Assembly: GCA_013288555.1 (NCBI GenBank)
Contig: JABDBQ010000003.1
Span: forward strand, 10,945-74,944
Direction: 5' to 3'
Origin: Bacteroidota bacterium
Lineage (GTDB): Bacteria; Bacteroidota; Bacteroidia; CAILMK01
Length of the DNA stretch: 64,000 bases
Position numbers and translations under genes: made by a program. The notes beneath the pieces are model-generated. The model was given only the letters and a program-made list of their open reading frames with translations. It had not been told where the DNA came from and did not search any database. Within the stretch, counting starts at the first letter, position 1. Every line of letters starts with the position of its first letter. Positions 20,406 to 31,435 of the stretch are shown here, piece by piece.

Positions 20406-21841
20406 TTCTTAAATAGTATATTCATTATTTCCTTCAAAGAATCAAATTTAAAGATATATGCACCAAACAGATAAATACTTCCGCCAAATATTCCGCCCAG
20501 CAGCATTCTTATAATATCAATTTGCTGGTATTCTTTTAAATAATAATCGAGGCCAAAAACAGCGAGCCCTGAAAACATAGCCAATATAACAGCAGGAGCA
20601 ATGTCTCGCGCTTGCTGCATTGAAGAATAATTAATGATTCTCCCCGAATAGTAGGTATTTATATAAAAAGCAACAATAGAAACAACTACCTGACTCCAAA
20701 GCAATGCAAAAATGCCAAACCTTATGCTTACTGCAACGGTAACTACAATTAGTACCTTTTTAATTATTTCCAATTTCAAAAAAAGATCACTCCTGCCTTT
20801 TACTGATAATACATTTAAATTATAGACGTGGATCGGATATAAAATTCCTGTAAAACATAATATCTGGAAATAAGGAACTGCAGGCAACCATTTGTCTGTG
20901 AATAAAAACCTGAATGTTGGTTCTGCCAATACGCCTAAAAAAATGAGGATAGGAGCAATCAAAAAAACGACCATTTGCATGATCATTTTATAAGCCCTTT
21001 TCAATCGCTCATGGTCATCCTGGATGGCTGCAAATAAAGGAAAAGTAACTTTATTTAAAGCAGATGAAATGGTTGAAACAGGCAATTGTGTCACACTGTT
21101 TGCCCTGGTAAAATATCCTACCTGGGCTGTGGAAAAATATCTGCCGATTACAATCTGATAAATATTATTAAAAATTGTATTCAATAACCCGGAAATAGTT
21201 AGTTTATACCCGAATACAAAATGAGTTTTAAATTTTTTCATATTAAAAGACATTGAAGGCACCCATCCTGATTTTCGCCAAAGCTGAACTGTATTCAAAA
21301 ATGTTTGCGCCAAATTCATCCAAACCAAACTCCATACGCCATAACCATAATAAGCGAGTGCAATTCCAATTACACTTCCACCCAATAATGAAGGAAGCGC
21401 CACGATCATCTGGGTTTTAAAATCCAACAGTTTCGTCAATCTTGTATTTTGAACGGCAGAAAAGGCAGCTATAATAAAAGACAGGCAATAAACTCTCACG
21501 ATACTTTTAAGAACCGGCTGATGATAAAAATCTGCTATATAGGGTGCAGCAAAATAAATTACAGCATATACTACAATACTACATCCAAGATTAAAAAAGA
21601 AAACGGTGGAGTAATCTTCCTGGTCAAGATCTGGAGAACGAATTATTGATTGGGTAAATCCACTATCGATTAATGTAGTTCCAACCGCAATAAAAATGCC
21701 TATCATTCCAATGAGTCCAAACTCTGCCGGCATCAGCAATCTTGCCAGTACAATGGAAACCAGAAAGCTAATCCCCTGGGTTGAAAATTGCTGTGCATAT
21801 GTCCACCAGACACCTGAAAAAGCCTGTTTTCTCAGTGACAA
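20402..21841 (-). CDS. wzx: Polysaccharide flippase (Wzx, MOP superfamily)
   Basis: 479 aa, 12 or more TM helices. N-terminal FSGVWWTYAQQFSTQGISFLVSIVLARLL pattern of Wzx/polysaccharide-biosynthesis proteins. Confidence 0.85.
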   Translation of the reverse strand: MSLRKQAFSGVWWTYAQQFSTQGISFLVSIVLARLLMPAEFGLIGMIGIFIAVGTTLIDSGFTQSIIRSPDLDQEDYSTVFFFNLGCSIVVYAVIYFAAPYIADFYHQPVLKSIVRVYCLSFIIAAFSAVQNTRLTKLLDFKTQMIVALPSLLGGSVIGIALAYYGYGVWSLVWMNLAQTFLNTVQLWRKSGWVPSMSFNMKKFKTHFVFGYKLTISGLLNTIFNNIYQIVIGRYFSTAQVGYFTRANSVTQLPVSTISSALNKVTFPLFAAIQDDHERLKRAYKMIMQMVVFLIAPILIFLGVLAEPTFRFLFTDKWLPAVPYFQILCFTGILYPIHVYNLNVLSVKGRSDLFLKLEIIKKVLIVVTVAVSIRFGIFALLWSQVVVSIVAFYINTYYSGRIINYSSMQQARDIAPAVILAMFSGLAVFGLDYYLKEYQQIDIIRMLLGGIFGGSIYLFGAYIFKFDSLKEIMNILFKK

Positions 21842-22064
21842 TTTCCTAAATTAATTTGTACAAATTCCTGAATACTATACATTTAATTATTATTTTTAAC
21901 CTTGTATAGCCAATCCGGGTACCAAAGATGCAATAATTATTATTGAAATTACTAATCATGATTGTCCCAGATAAGTATGTGAAACTACCTCAAATTAAGA
22001 CCAGGTTACACATATCATCCTGGTTTTATTTGAATTCGCAGAGAAATTTTCACGTATCATACAA

Positions 22065-24482
22065 TTAGATTTTCAACGAAGATCGTATTTTTCTGATAAT
22101 ACTTCTTTTCTTCTTTGTTTCTTCTCCATAATAACCACTGCTGCCGTAGCCGTAGCCATAACCATAGCCATACCCATAGCCATAACCATAGCTGCCATAG
22201 CCACCATAGCCATATATAGAAACGCCCCGGGGTTTTATTCCATTAAACACAATGCCAAGTTCACGGAATATCTTTTCAGTAAATAATGGGTTAAGAACGC
22301 GCTCTATAGCAACTTTTGGTGTATAATCGTGCCTCACAATAAGAATAGTAATATCTGCGTAGTTATGCATAAGCTGTGCATCCGTTACCAGGCCCAAAGG
22401 GGCTGTATCCACAAATATATAATCATATTTATCAGACAATTCATCAAGAAGTTCTTTAATCCTGCCATTCATAAGTAATTCTGAAGGATTCGGAGGATTT
22501 GGGCCGGAAGGTATTATTTCTACATTTTCAAATGTTGTCGGGAAAATAACCTGCTCTAGTGTTGATGCATTTATCAGGTAATTTGATAATCCTACCTTAT
22601 TACTTGTATCAAAAAGTCTGTGCAAAGTAGGTTTCCTCATGTCAGCACCAATCATAATTACTTTCTTGCCAGCCAGGCCATAGCTAATAGCGAGGTTTGC
22701 AGATACATACGTTTTTCCTTCTCCGGAAATGGATGACGTAAACATGATTATCCTTTTATTCCGATCGCTGCCCAGATATGTCAGGTTAGTTCTCAATGAT
22801 CTGAATTGTTCTGCAGCCATACTCCGTTTGGAATTTCTCATGATGAGAGGATCTGCCGAACTTGTAAACATAAGCTCAGTAAGAATGGGGATTTTTGTCC
22901 TTTCTTCCACATCTGAACGAAATTGAATGCGTGTGTTTACCTGTTCCTTTACAAATATATAAACAAAGACAAGGCTAAATCCTGCAATCAGAGAAATCAG
23001 ATATATAAGTTGTTTCTGAGGGCTCACAGGTGCTTGTGGCGAATTCGCAGGATCTACTATACGACTGTCTGAAACAGTGGAAGCATATGATATGGCCGCA
23101 TCTTCTCTCTTTGTAAGAAGGTATGTGTAAAGCGCATTTTTTATAGCTTGTTGCCTGCTTTTTTCAATCAGATTTTTCTCTTTGCTGGGTATCCCTTTTA
23201 ATAACTCCGAATTTTGAGAGAATTTGCTGTCAATCTTATCACGTGCCGTTAATAAATTGGTCCTTATATTCTTAATACTTTCTAAAATTGAGAATTTCAT
23301 TCGGGAGATATCACCCTTTAACGCTACAACTGCATCGTTACGATCACCGTTTACTCTTTCCAGACTGGTAAGTTGCAACTCTGATTCGTATAATTTCTGA
23401 AGAAGTTGCATTAGCAGCGGATCCTGGATATTTACAAGTGAAGGAACCGTTCCCGGATTAGGCCCCTTTCCCTGGACATACTTTTCTACATCATCTAAAA
23501 TACCTAGTTGTATTGTCAACTCCGTCAATTGCTTATCCTGGTCCTCAGCACTTGCAAGGAATAAATTGGCTTCAGAACTCAGGTCCACAATATTATTATT
23601 GGTTTTATATTGTTCTATACCTGTTTCTACACTATCCAGTTCTTTTGCTACAACAGCAAGGCGTCTGTCAATAAATTGAACGGTAAACATTGCTGCATTT
23701 CTTTTCTCCTGAATATCAGCCCTGTTATAACATTTTAAAACTTCATTCACAATATCCAATCCTCTGATCCTGGAAGTGCTTTTAAATGTCAACTCAATCA
23801 CCGTAGCCATCTTAGCAGTAGCCTGAGCTTTTAAAGAACTTGATAATGACCTGATCATGGGCTCAGTTGGGAGCACAATAAGAATGAATTCCAGATCCTT
23901 TATTTCATCATCCGTAGAATTTAAATTCGAGGCAACTCTGATTTTACATCCTGTACCAGTTGACGTTACAGTGCCGTTATCATGTAAAATAAGAGTACTA
24001 TCAATCGGAAACTTTGGGCCATTATTGAATTGAATGGTTTTTTTGTCTTTATCCAGTCTAAAAGGCACTTTTAAATTCTTGATAATACTTTCAGGGTTTA
24101 GTACAGTTATATCAACTGGTGCGGTTTTATACATTTCCCTGTTGGCAACATGTCCCTTTCGCATTATCGCAGTGTTGAGATGAAGATTGCTTACAACCTG
24201 CTCAAATATTGGAAGTGATTTAATGATTTCAATTTCATTATCAACTTCTTTCTTTTCGCCAAACATATCCATTTTCTCAACAATATCATCGGCTGAAATA
24301 CCTTGTTTCTGTTCTGAAACCAAAATCTTTGCCTTTATTTCCCACATAGGGTTAGTATAGCGTATGTAGGTATACGCGATCAAAAGACTTAGAATTGGAA
24401 TTATCAAAAATAATGGCCAATATGGCAAATATTGCTTCTGTATCTTTTGTATGGCCCCAATATTGCCTATGCTTTCTTCCAT
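22065..24482 (-). CDS. wzc: Polysaccharide co-polymerase / tyrosine autokinase (Wzc-like, PCP-2a)
   Basis: 805 aa. N-terminal Wzz-type TM plus coiled region, second TM (LIYLISLIAGFSLVFVYIF). Kinase domain has Walker A SSISGEGKTYVS and Walker B YDYIFVDTAPL. Tyr-rich C-terminal tail. Confidence 0.9.
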   Translation of the reverse strand: MEESIGNIGAIQKIQKQYLPYWPLFLIIPILSLLIAYTYIRYTNPMWEIKAKILVSEQKQGISADDIVEKMDMFGEKKEVDNEIEIIKSLPIFEQVVSNLHLNTAIMRKGHVANREMYKTAPVDITVLNPESIIKNLKVPFRLDKDKKTIQFNNGPKFPIDSTLILHDNGTVTSTGTGCKIRVASNLNSTDDEIKDLEFILIVLPTEPMIRSLSSSLKAQATAKMATVIELTFKSTSRIRGLDIVNEVLKCYNRADIQEKRNAAMFTVQFIDRRLAVVAKELDSVETGIEQYKTNNNIVDLSSEANLFLASAEDQDKQLTELTIQLGILDDVEKYVQGKGPNPGTVPSLVNIQDPLLMQLLQKLYESELQLTSLERVNGDRNDAVVALKGDISRMKFSILESIKNIRTNLLTARDKIDSKFSQNSELLKGIPSKEKNLIEKSRQQAIKNALYTYLLTKREDAAISYASTVSDSRIVDPANSPQAPVSPQKQLIYLISLIAGFSLVFVYIFVKEQVNTRIQFRSDVEERTKIPILTELMFTSSADPLIMRNSKRSMAAEQFRSLRTNLTYLGSDRNKRIIMFTSSISGEGKTYVSANLAISYGLAGKKVIMIGADMRKPTLHRLFDTSNKVGLSNYLINASTLEQVIFPTTFENVEIIPSGPNPPNPSELLMNGRIKELLDELSDKYDYIFVDTAPLGLVTDAQLMHNYADITILIVRHDYTPKVAIERVLNPLFTEKIFRELGIVFNGIKPRGVSIYGYGGYGSYGYGYGYGYGYGYGYGSSGYYGEETKKKRSIIRKIRSSLKI
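22128..22214 (-). repeat. Coding (Tyr-Gly)n tract of the Wzc tail
   Basis: Translates to YGYGGYGSYGYGYGYGYGYGYGYGSSGYY. The 6-nt units use mixed synonymous codons (tat/tac, ggc/ggt/ggg). Confidence 0.9.
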
Positions 24483-24498
24483 CTGCTTTATTTATATC

Positions 24499-25302
24499 TT
24501 AATGTATAGTTATTTTCAGACCCAGATAAGAAACCAGAATTATTGCTGTAGAAAGAATACTCAGCCAAATAGGAAGTAATTGCAATGTTTCGTCTGTAGA
24601 ATTGGCTCTTACTTTATTTGGAGTCACGTAGATAACATCTCCGGGTTGAAGATAATAATATTCTGAATACAATATTGATTTGTCCTGTAAATTCAAGTAA
24701 TGCACTACCCCAACTGAATCATTTTGACGAATAAGCAGAACATTATCCCGTCTACCGTAAATGCTAAGATCACCCGCCAATCCAATTGCTTCGAGGATGG
24801 TAACCTGCTCATTTGGAATAATAAAAATGCCCGGGTGCCCAACCTCTCCTAACACACTTATTCTATAATTCAGAAGACGAACACTCACTTGTGGTTCCTT
24901 CAAATACGGAATTAGTAAATTCTGAAGTGTGTCCTGTAATCTTTCTTTTGTCATCCCAACGGCTTTAAAAAGGCCAATTTTTGGCAATAAAATATAACCA
25001 TCCTGATTAACAATATACCCAACAAGCGGGTTATTTATACTATAATTGGATGGGCTTTGCGGCGTTGGTTGAGAAAAATTCGGTTGGTTGAATATCAATG
25101 CATCTATTGGATCAGGACAAGATACATATATTGAAAGCTGATCTCCTTTTTGTATAAAAATCCGCGATGGATGCTGTTTCATTTTATAGGTCGTATCCTT
25201 AAGACCTACAAAATATGGTATGTGCTTATAGCTTGTACACGAACTTGCTATTAAAATAAGGCAAACAAGCCCCACAATAAAGCTTAAACATTTGTAACGC
25301 AA
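24499..25302 (-). CDS. wza: Polysaccharide export outer-membrane lipoprotein (Wza-like)
   Basis: 267 aa. Lipoprotein signal LILIASSC; Poly_export-like IQKGDQLSIYV; SLBB-like ISVLGEVGHPGIFIIPNEQVTILEAIGLAGDLS. Apparent TTG start. Confidence 0.85.
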   Translation of the reverse strand: MRYKCLSFIVGLVCLILIASSCTSYKHIPYFVGLKDTTYKMKQHPSRIFIQKGDQLSIYVSCPDPIDALIFNQPNFSQPTPQSPSNYSINNPLVGYIVNQDGYILLPKIGLFKAVGMTKERLQDTLQNLLIPYLKEPQVSVRLLNYRISVLGEVGHPGIFIIPNEQVTILEAIGLAGDLSIYGRRDNVLLIRQNDSVGVVHYLNLQDKSILYSEYYYLQPGDVIYVTPNKVRANSTDETLQLLPIWLSILSTAIILVSYLGLKITIH

Positions 25303-25564
25303 AGATTTAAAATTTTAAATGAGATTTTAGTACGGCGCAAAGATAGTTTCCCAAAAGATAATAACCATGAAAATTTATTAATTCAAAGGGTAATGTCATC
25401 AAAAAGTGCGTTTATTTCTATTCATTGACTATCTCTTTTCGATTTTAGAATATAATTATCTGAACCGCATATGTTGGTTTCTTAAAAAAAGCCCCGTAAA
25501 GAATTATAATTGCCTGAATGTGAATTTATCATCGCTTTATTATAAACATATCCATATTACTACA

Positions 25565-26773
25565 TTAATCCCCATTCACATAACTTTGGTAAAATTCTGA
25601 CAATTTAGCCACCAAACCCATATTTCCATACTCACTTTCTGCCAAAAGTCGCGCGCAATTGCCAATATTTGAAGCAAAACCGGGATTACTAATGCATTTT
25701 TTAATGACTTTTACAAATTCATCAGGACTGTCTGCAATTAATATGTTTTTACCATCCTTATAATCAATTCCTTCCGCGCCAATAGATGTGGCAATAATAG
25801 TTTTCCCAAGCGCCATCCCTTCTATGATTTTTATTCTCATGCCACTCCCTGACAACAGGGGAACTACCATAATTGACTTGGAATTGATAAATTGAACGGC
25901 GTTTTCAACTTCTCCTAACGCAACAACACCTACTTTATCAAGTTTGTTCAACCAATCAGGCGAATTCCTTCCGGCAATGTAAAAATGGATATCAGGATGC
26001 TCTTTATGTAATTCAGGCCAGATCTCTTTTAAAAACCACTCTATTCCCTGAACATTAGGCATCCAGTTCAAAGCCCCCAGATGAAAAATCCCCGGCCATT
26101 CCCTTTTAGATTTGTCAATGACATAATTCTCCATGTCGAGGCCTGCCGGGCAAACAAAAACCCTGGCAGCTGTACTCATTTCACGAAAAAGCTCAGCATC
26201 ATTTTCGGTAATTGGGACAAGAAAATCAACTTTTTTTATGGCCTTTGTTTCGAAATGAAGCAAGCGCTTCGTCAATATCTCCAGGTACATTCTCTTCAGC
26301 GGATTGTGCTCTGATTCTGCCAACCTATCCCAGATAAGATATTCGAGATTATGTGCACGCAGTGATATTCGGGCTTTTGAATATCGTCTTACTACATCAA
26401 TATAAAGGCACATATGCAAACCTTCAATTTGTATAATATCAAAATCACAGGATTGAAGTAATTTAATAAGTTCCTGCTCAAATCTTCTGCTATAAAATCG
26501 GGAAATATGATAGGATTTACTGGTAAAAAGAAGATTTACAGCCGCATCCCATTTATGGATATCTGTATCAATTTCCACAGACTTAAAACCTGAAATTTCT
26601 TTGAATAATTCAGGGATATCGTCAGTTTCCACAAAATGTTTTCGGGTATTCAGGCATAGTATATGCAGTTCATGCCCAAGACTGTAAAACCCTTTCGACA
26701 TGTTATATATGGCAATAGCGCCACCGTCATTCAACGGCCAGGGTACACGATTGCATATTTGCAGGATACGCAT
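25565..26773 (-). CDS. Glycosyltransferase family 4 (GT-B)
   Basis: 402 aa. MRILQICNRVPWPLNDGGAIA and GSGMRIKIIEGMALGKTII. Start overlaps the stop of the upstream LptF/G gene. Confidence 0.8.
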   Translation of the reverse strand: MRILQICNRVPWPLNDGGAIAIYNMSKGFYSLGHELHILCLNTRKHFVETDDIPELFKEISGFKSVEIDTDIHKWDAAVNLLFTSKSYHISRFYSRRFEQELIKLLQSCDFDIIQIEGLHMCLYIDVVRRYSKARISLRAHNLEYLIWDRLAESEHNPLKRMYLEILTKRLLHFETKAIKKVDFLVPITENDAELFREMSTAARVFVCPAGLDMENYVIDKSKREWPGIFHLGALNWMPNVQGIEWFLKEIWPELHKEHPDIHFYIAGRNSPDWLNKLDKVGVVALGEVENAVQFINSKSIMVVPLLSGSGMRIKIIEGMALGKTIIATSIGAEGIDYKDGKNILIADSPDEFVKVIKKCISNPGFASNIGNCARLLAESEYGNMGLVAKLSEFYQSYVNGD

Positions 26774-28236
26774 TAAACTGTAGACTGATTTTTTTTAGGC
26801 TTATATCTTTTTCTTAAAAAAGATATAATACCTGTGAAATATTTTGAATAATTAAAAGTTACTGAATCGCGGTTTGCGCGATAGGTAAGGTAAAGACCAA
26901 CAGGTAGTAAAATCAGGGTTGATATCCACATACCTGTAAAAATACCAATAGCGGCTTCGCGCGCAGAGCGCTCCCCGATTATGGAAATGACATAATAAAT
27001 CAAAAACATAAAAATGGCGACAACTGTCGGATAACCAATACCACCTTTTCTGATAATGGCACCGAGAGGAGCTCCAATAAAAAACAAGGTGAGGCAGGCA
27101 AAAGAGAGTGAAAATTTCCGATGCCATTCTATTTCATATTTCCTGATTTCCTTATCCGTATTATTCAATTCTTCAGCATAATTATTATACATGTCCTTCA
27201 AGGCCCTGGCCGTGTTTTCTGCCCTGACAATGAAATGCTTAGGATCGTTGGTTGGCAATGAATAAACGAATGATTTATTTAATAAAGAATCAGATGGCTT
27301 TGTATGTTTATTATTTTGTTTTATTGCGGAAGCGTCTCTCGTAGCCAGCAGGTATTGCTTCTCAAAACTGACATCTACATCGAGTTTCTTTTTCTTCATT
27401 ATGTTCAGAGAATCCACATAATACTGCAACTGGTTTAAATTCAGCATTACCGAATTTTCTTTAAAAAGGTTTTCATCCGTCCGGTTCAGTTTGAATTCTG
27501 AAAGATCGAACTTTATTTCGTATGATTTGAATGTCAACCTATTGGCAGGATCCGTATTACGATGCGCATTCTCTTTGTCCCGCATTTCCTCGTATCGGGT
27601 ACCATCATAAAGTTTTATGGCCAGCCAACGCTGATCAGGGCTGATAGTCATCTCTCCCGATTTTGCAACCATCACTACGTCATCGCCCTGGCGGCTGGTA
27701 TGATCATAAATGGTAACCCCTTCTATCTTCTGGGATTTTTTATCCTTTTTTTGAATATGAATACTGTAATTGTCTATTCCATTGTAAAATACGCCTTCTT
27801 TGATGTCAAGCGCAGGCCTTTGCTTTCTTACATCCCATAGCAGGCTCTGAAATTTGAGGTTAGCTACAGGAATAAGATTGTTAGAAAAGAAAAAATCACC
27901 TATGGCTATTAATGAAATCAACGTGATCAATGGAACCATGATCCTTGCCAGTGAAATACCCGCACTTTTGAGGGCTACCAACTCATAAGACTCAGCCAGG
28001 TTACCAAATGCCATAATGGAGGACAGAAGTATGGCGAGTGGCAATGCGGTAGGCACGAAAGATGCGGAGGCAAAGAAAAGAAGTTTAAGAATAACATACC
28101 ACTCCAGCCCTTTGCCAACCATATCATCTACATAGGTCCACAAAAACTGGATCAGGATCACAAATAAAACCACGAAAAACGTGGCAATAAATGGCCCTAT
28201 AAAACTGAGAACGGTTAATTTAAATATCTTTTTCAC
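26773..28236 (-). CDS. LptF/LptG-family (YjgP/YjgQ) LPS export permease
   Basis: 487 aa. FIGPFIATFFVVLFVILIQFLW, NLAESYELVALKSAGISL; large periplasmic insert then 3 C-terminal TM helices. Confidence 0.85.
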   Translation of the reverse strand: MKKIFKLTVLSFIGPFIATFFVVLFVILIQFLWTYVDDMVGKGLEWYVILKLLFFASASFVPTALPLAILLSSIMAFGNLAESYELVALKSAGISLARIMVPLITLISLIAIGDFFFSNNLIPVANLKFQSLLWDVRKQRPALDIKEGVFYNGIDNYSIHIQKKDKKSQKIEGVTIYDHTSRQGDDVVMVAKSGEMTISPDQRWLAIKLYDGTRYEEMRDKENAHRNTDPANRLTFKSYEIKFDLSEFKLNRTDENLFKENSVMLNLNQLQYYVDSLNIMKKKKLDVDVSFEKQYLLATRDASAIKQNNKHTKPSDSLLNKSFVYSLPTNDPKHFIVRAENTARALKDMYNNYAEELNNTDKEIRKYEIEWHRKFSLSFACLTLFFIGAPLGAIIRKGGIGYPTVVAIFMFLIYYVISIIGERSAREAAIGIFTGMWISTLILLPVGLYLTYRANRDSVTFNYSKYFTGIISFLRKRYKPKKNQSTV

Positions 28237-28383
28237 AACGTGTTGGCTGAAGGAAATTCCAAAACGTACAAATCCTTCGCATATTGTTTATTACCCTGCG
28301 AAATTAAGTGGAATGTTTGAGAAAGGATGCGCTGGTGAAATTAGATCCATCCGAACAAAAATCCAATTCTGACTCAGGATTCC

Positions 28384-28424
28384 CAAAAACAAAAAGCCCC
28401 GTCTCTTTTCAGAAACGGGGCTTT
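28384..28424 (-). terminator. Intrinsic terminator downstream of groEL
   Basis: Perfect 10-bp stem aaagccccgt/acggggcttt (about 28393-28402 and 28415-28424). On the minus strand it is followed by ttttgttttt; lies 30 nt past the groEL stop. Confidence 0.8.
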
Positions 28425-28454
28425 TCAACAAATTTATATAGAGAATTAGGCTGC

Positions 28455-30110
<1,656 letters not shown>

Positions 30111-30150
30111 TTAGTTTTAAGATTGAAAAATTAAAAGATTGGAAGATTAA
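30111..30150. repeat. A/T-rich word repeat (gattRaaa family) in the groES-groEL spacer
   Basis: Reads ttagttttaagattgaaaaattaaaagattggaagattaaa. Related copies at about 31318-31357 and, inverted, about 57598-57632. Confidence 0.6.
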
Positions 30151-30437
30151 ATAATAGCGAAAATATCTGATTCTCTCATAATCAGAAATTCTTCACCTTC
30201 AAAGGTCAATTCGGTGCCTGCATATTTACCATAAAGGATTTTATCGCCTACTTTCACTTGAAGTGGCGTAATTTTTCCATCTTCTGCCACTTTGCCCTGT
30301 CCAACAGCGATAATTTCGCCTTGCATAGGTTTTTCTTTAGCAGTATCAGGAATGATGATGCCCGATTTTGTTTTTTCTTCAGCGGCGGCTGGTCTCACCA
30401 GAACACGGTCAGCCAATGGTTTTACGTTCACTGTCAT
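30147..30437 (-). CDS. groS: Co-chaperonin GroES
   Basis: 96 aa. [11 protein letters not shown]...[13 protein letters not shown]...GKVAEDG; immediately upstream of groEL. Confidence 0.97.
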   Translation of the reverse strand: MTVNVKPLADRVLVRPAAAEEKTKSGIIIPDTAKEKPMQGEIIAVGQGKVAEDGKITPLQVKVGDKILYGKYAGTELTFEGEEFLIMRESDIFAII

Positions 30438-30623
30438 TGTTTTATAAAATTAGTTTTTTGATTAACGATTAAAGAATTTGTCCGTTTGTCATTGCCGATT
30501 TGACACAATCCGTGCCAAAGAACAAATCAGGACATTTTTGCAAGAGGCGGAAATTTTGGCAGGGAGGATTCAATTATGAATTAAGAATTAGGAACGCTAT
30601 ACAGTTACTTACGTTTATCCTTG

Positions 30624-30690
30624 CTTTGCGTCTTAGCGCCTTTGCGAGCAAAATATTTCATCCCGAGCGTTCGGGACCAAGACGCAAAGG
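30624..30690. other. Structured intergenic element with nested and alternative stems
   Basis: The right arm aagacgcaaagg (30679-30690) can pair with ctttgcgtctt (30624-30634, 11 bp) or with cctttgcg (30639-30646, 8 bp). It encloses a perfect hairpin tcccga-gcgt-tcggga (30661-30676). Confidence 0.5.
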
Positions 30691-30733
30691 AGAAATTTGT
30701 TCAAACCATTTCGAATATCACAATTAACCCCGA

Positions 30734-30761
30734 AATTCGTAATTCATAATTCGTAATTAAA
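30734..30761. repeat. Heptamer tandem repeat (aattcgt/aattcat) x4
   Basis: Units aattcgt aattcat aattcgt aattaaa abut the yciH/SUI1 start codon. The same unit recurs at about 57485-57513. Confidence 0.85.
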
Positions 30762-30762
30762 T

Positions 30763-31083
30763 ATGGCTCTCGTATATTCCACAAATCCAGATATTGAATT
30801 CGGCAAAGACGGTAAACTCCAACAAGAAACCCTTCCAGCCAAACAGCAAAACCTGATTGTCCAAAAAAGTGTGAAAGGCCGTGGCGGCAAAGTTGCGACC
30901 CTTGTTACAGGTTTTATCGGCAAAGAAGCCGATCTTGAAACCCTTGGTAAAATGCTCAAAAACAAATGCGGCACAGGCGGAAGTGTAAAGGACGGCGAAA
31001 TCATGATCCAGGGCGATCAGCGTAATAAAATAGCCGAAATACTTCAAAAGGAAGGGTATAAAGTAAAGGTTTCGGGGAATTAA
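30763..31083 (+). CDS. yciH: Translation initiation factor SUI1/YciH family protein
   Basis: 106 aa. KGRGGKVATLVTGF...LKNKCGTGGSVKDGEIMIQGDQR is the SUI1 domain signature. Confidence 0.85.
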   Translation: MALVYSTNPDIEFGKDGKLQQETLPAKQQNLIVQKSVKGRGGKVATLVTGFIGKEADLETLGKMLKNKCGTGGSVKDGEIMIQGDQRNKIAEILQKEGYKVKVSGN

Positions 31084-31158
31084 AGTCAATTTGGTCCTGA
31101 ACATTCGGGATGGGAATTTGGGAATGGGCTGACACAAGATCATTATGGCAATGCAAAC

Positions 31159-31308
31159 ATGAAAAAAATTATTATATCCATTCTATTAATCATCAATCTA
31201 ACCGGCTTTTCAGCCTGCAAACATACAGATTCTAAAAAACCCGAAAAAGACAAAGGCCCCATCTATATGCGTCCTATTCACCATCCCAAGGACACTGCTC
31301 AGGCCTGA
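31159..31308 (+). CDS. Small putative lipoprotein (49 aa), below the ORF-track cutoff
   Basis: ATG-initiated MKKIIISILLIINLTGFSACKHTDSKKPEKDKGPIYMRPIHHPKDTAQA. It has an n-region, an h-region and a lipobox-like FSAC. No homology evidence available. Confidence 0.35.
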   Translation: MKKIIISILLIINLTGFSACKHTDSKKPEKDKGPIYMRPIHHPKDTAQA

Positions 31309-31317
31309 TTGGACTAT

Positions 31318-31357
31318 ATTAAAAAATTAAAAGATTGAAAATTAAACGATTAAATAC
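31318..31357. repeat. A/T-rich word repeat (attaaaa/gattgaaa family)
   Basis: Reads attaaaaaattaaaagattgaaaattaaacgattaaatac; same family as 30111-30150. Confidence 0.6.
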
Positions 31358-31435
31358 TGCTAAAGGTGAAAAAATCCATTGTAAGAAACTAAAGTATGAA
31401 AACCGTACTTTTGAACTCTTATCACGGAATTTAGC

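Noticed and set aside
76-26773. Mobile-element boundaries (integrase, transposase, tRNA attachment site, long direct repeats) around the polysaccharide locus
   Set aside because: None of the ORFs resembles a recombinase, and I saw no flanking direct repeats. Horizontal origin rests only on composition and the lack of repeat families, so I report no mobile_element feature.
30438-30762. Searched upstream of groES for a CIRCE operator (TTAGCACTC-N9-GAGTGCTAA)
   Set aside because: I found no match or near match on either strand. HrcA/CIRCE control is therefore not supported from this sequence.
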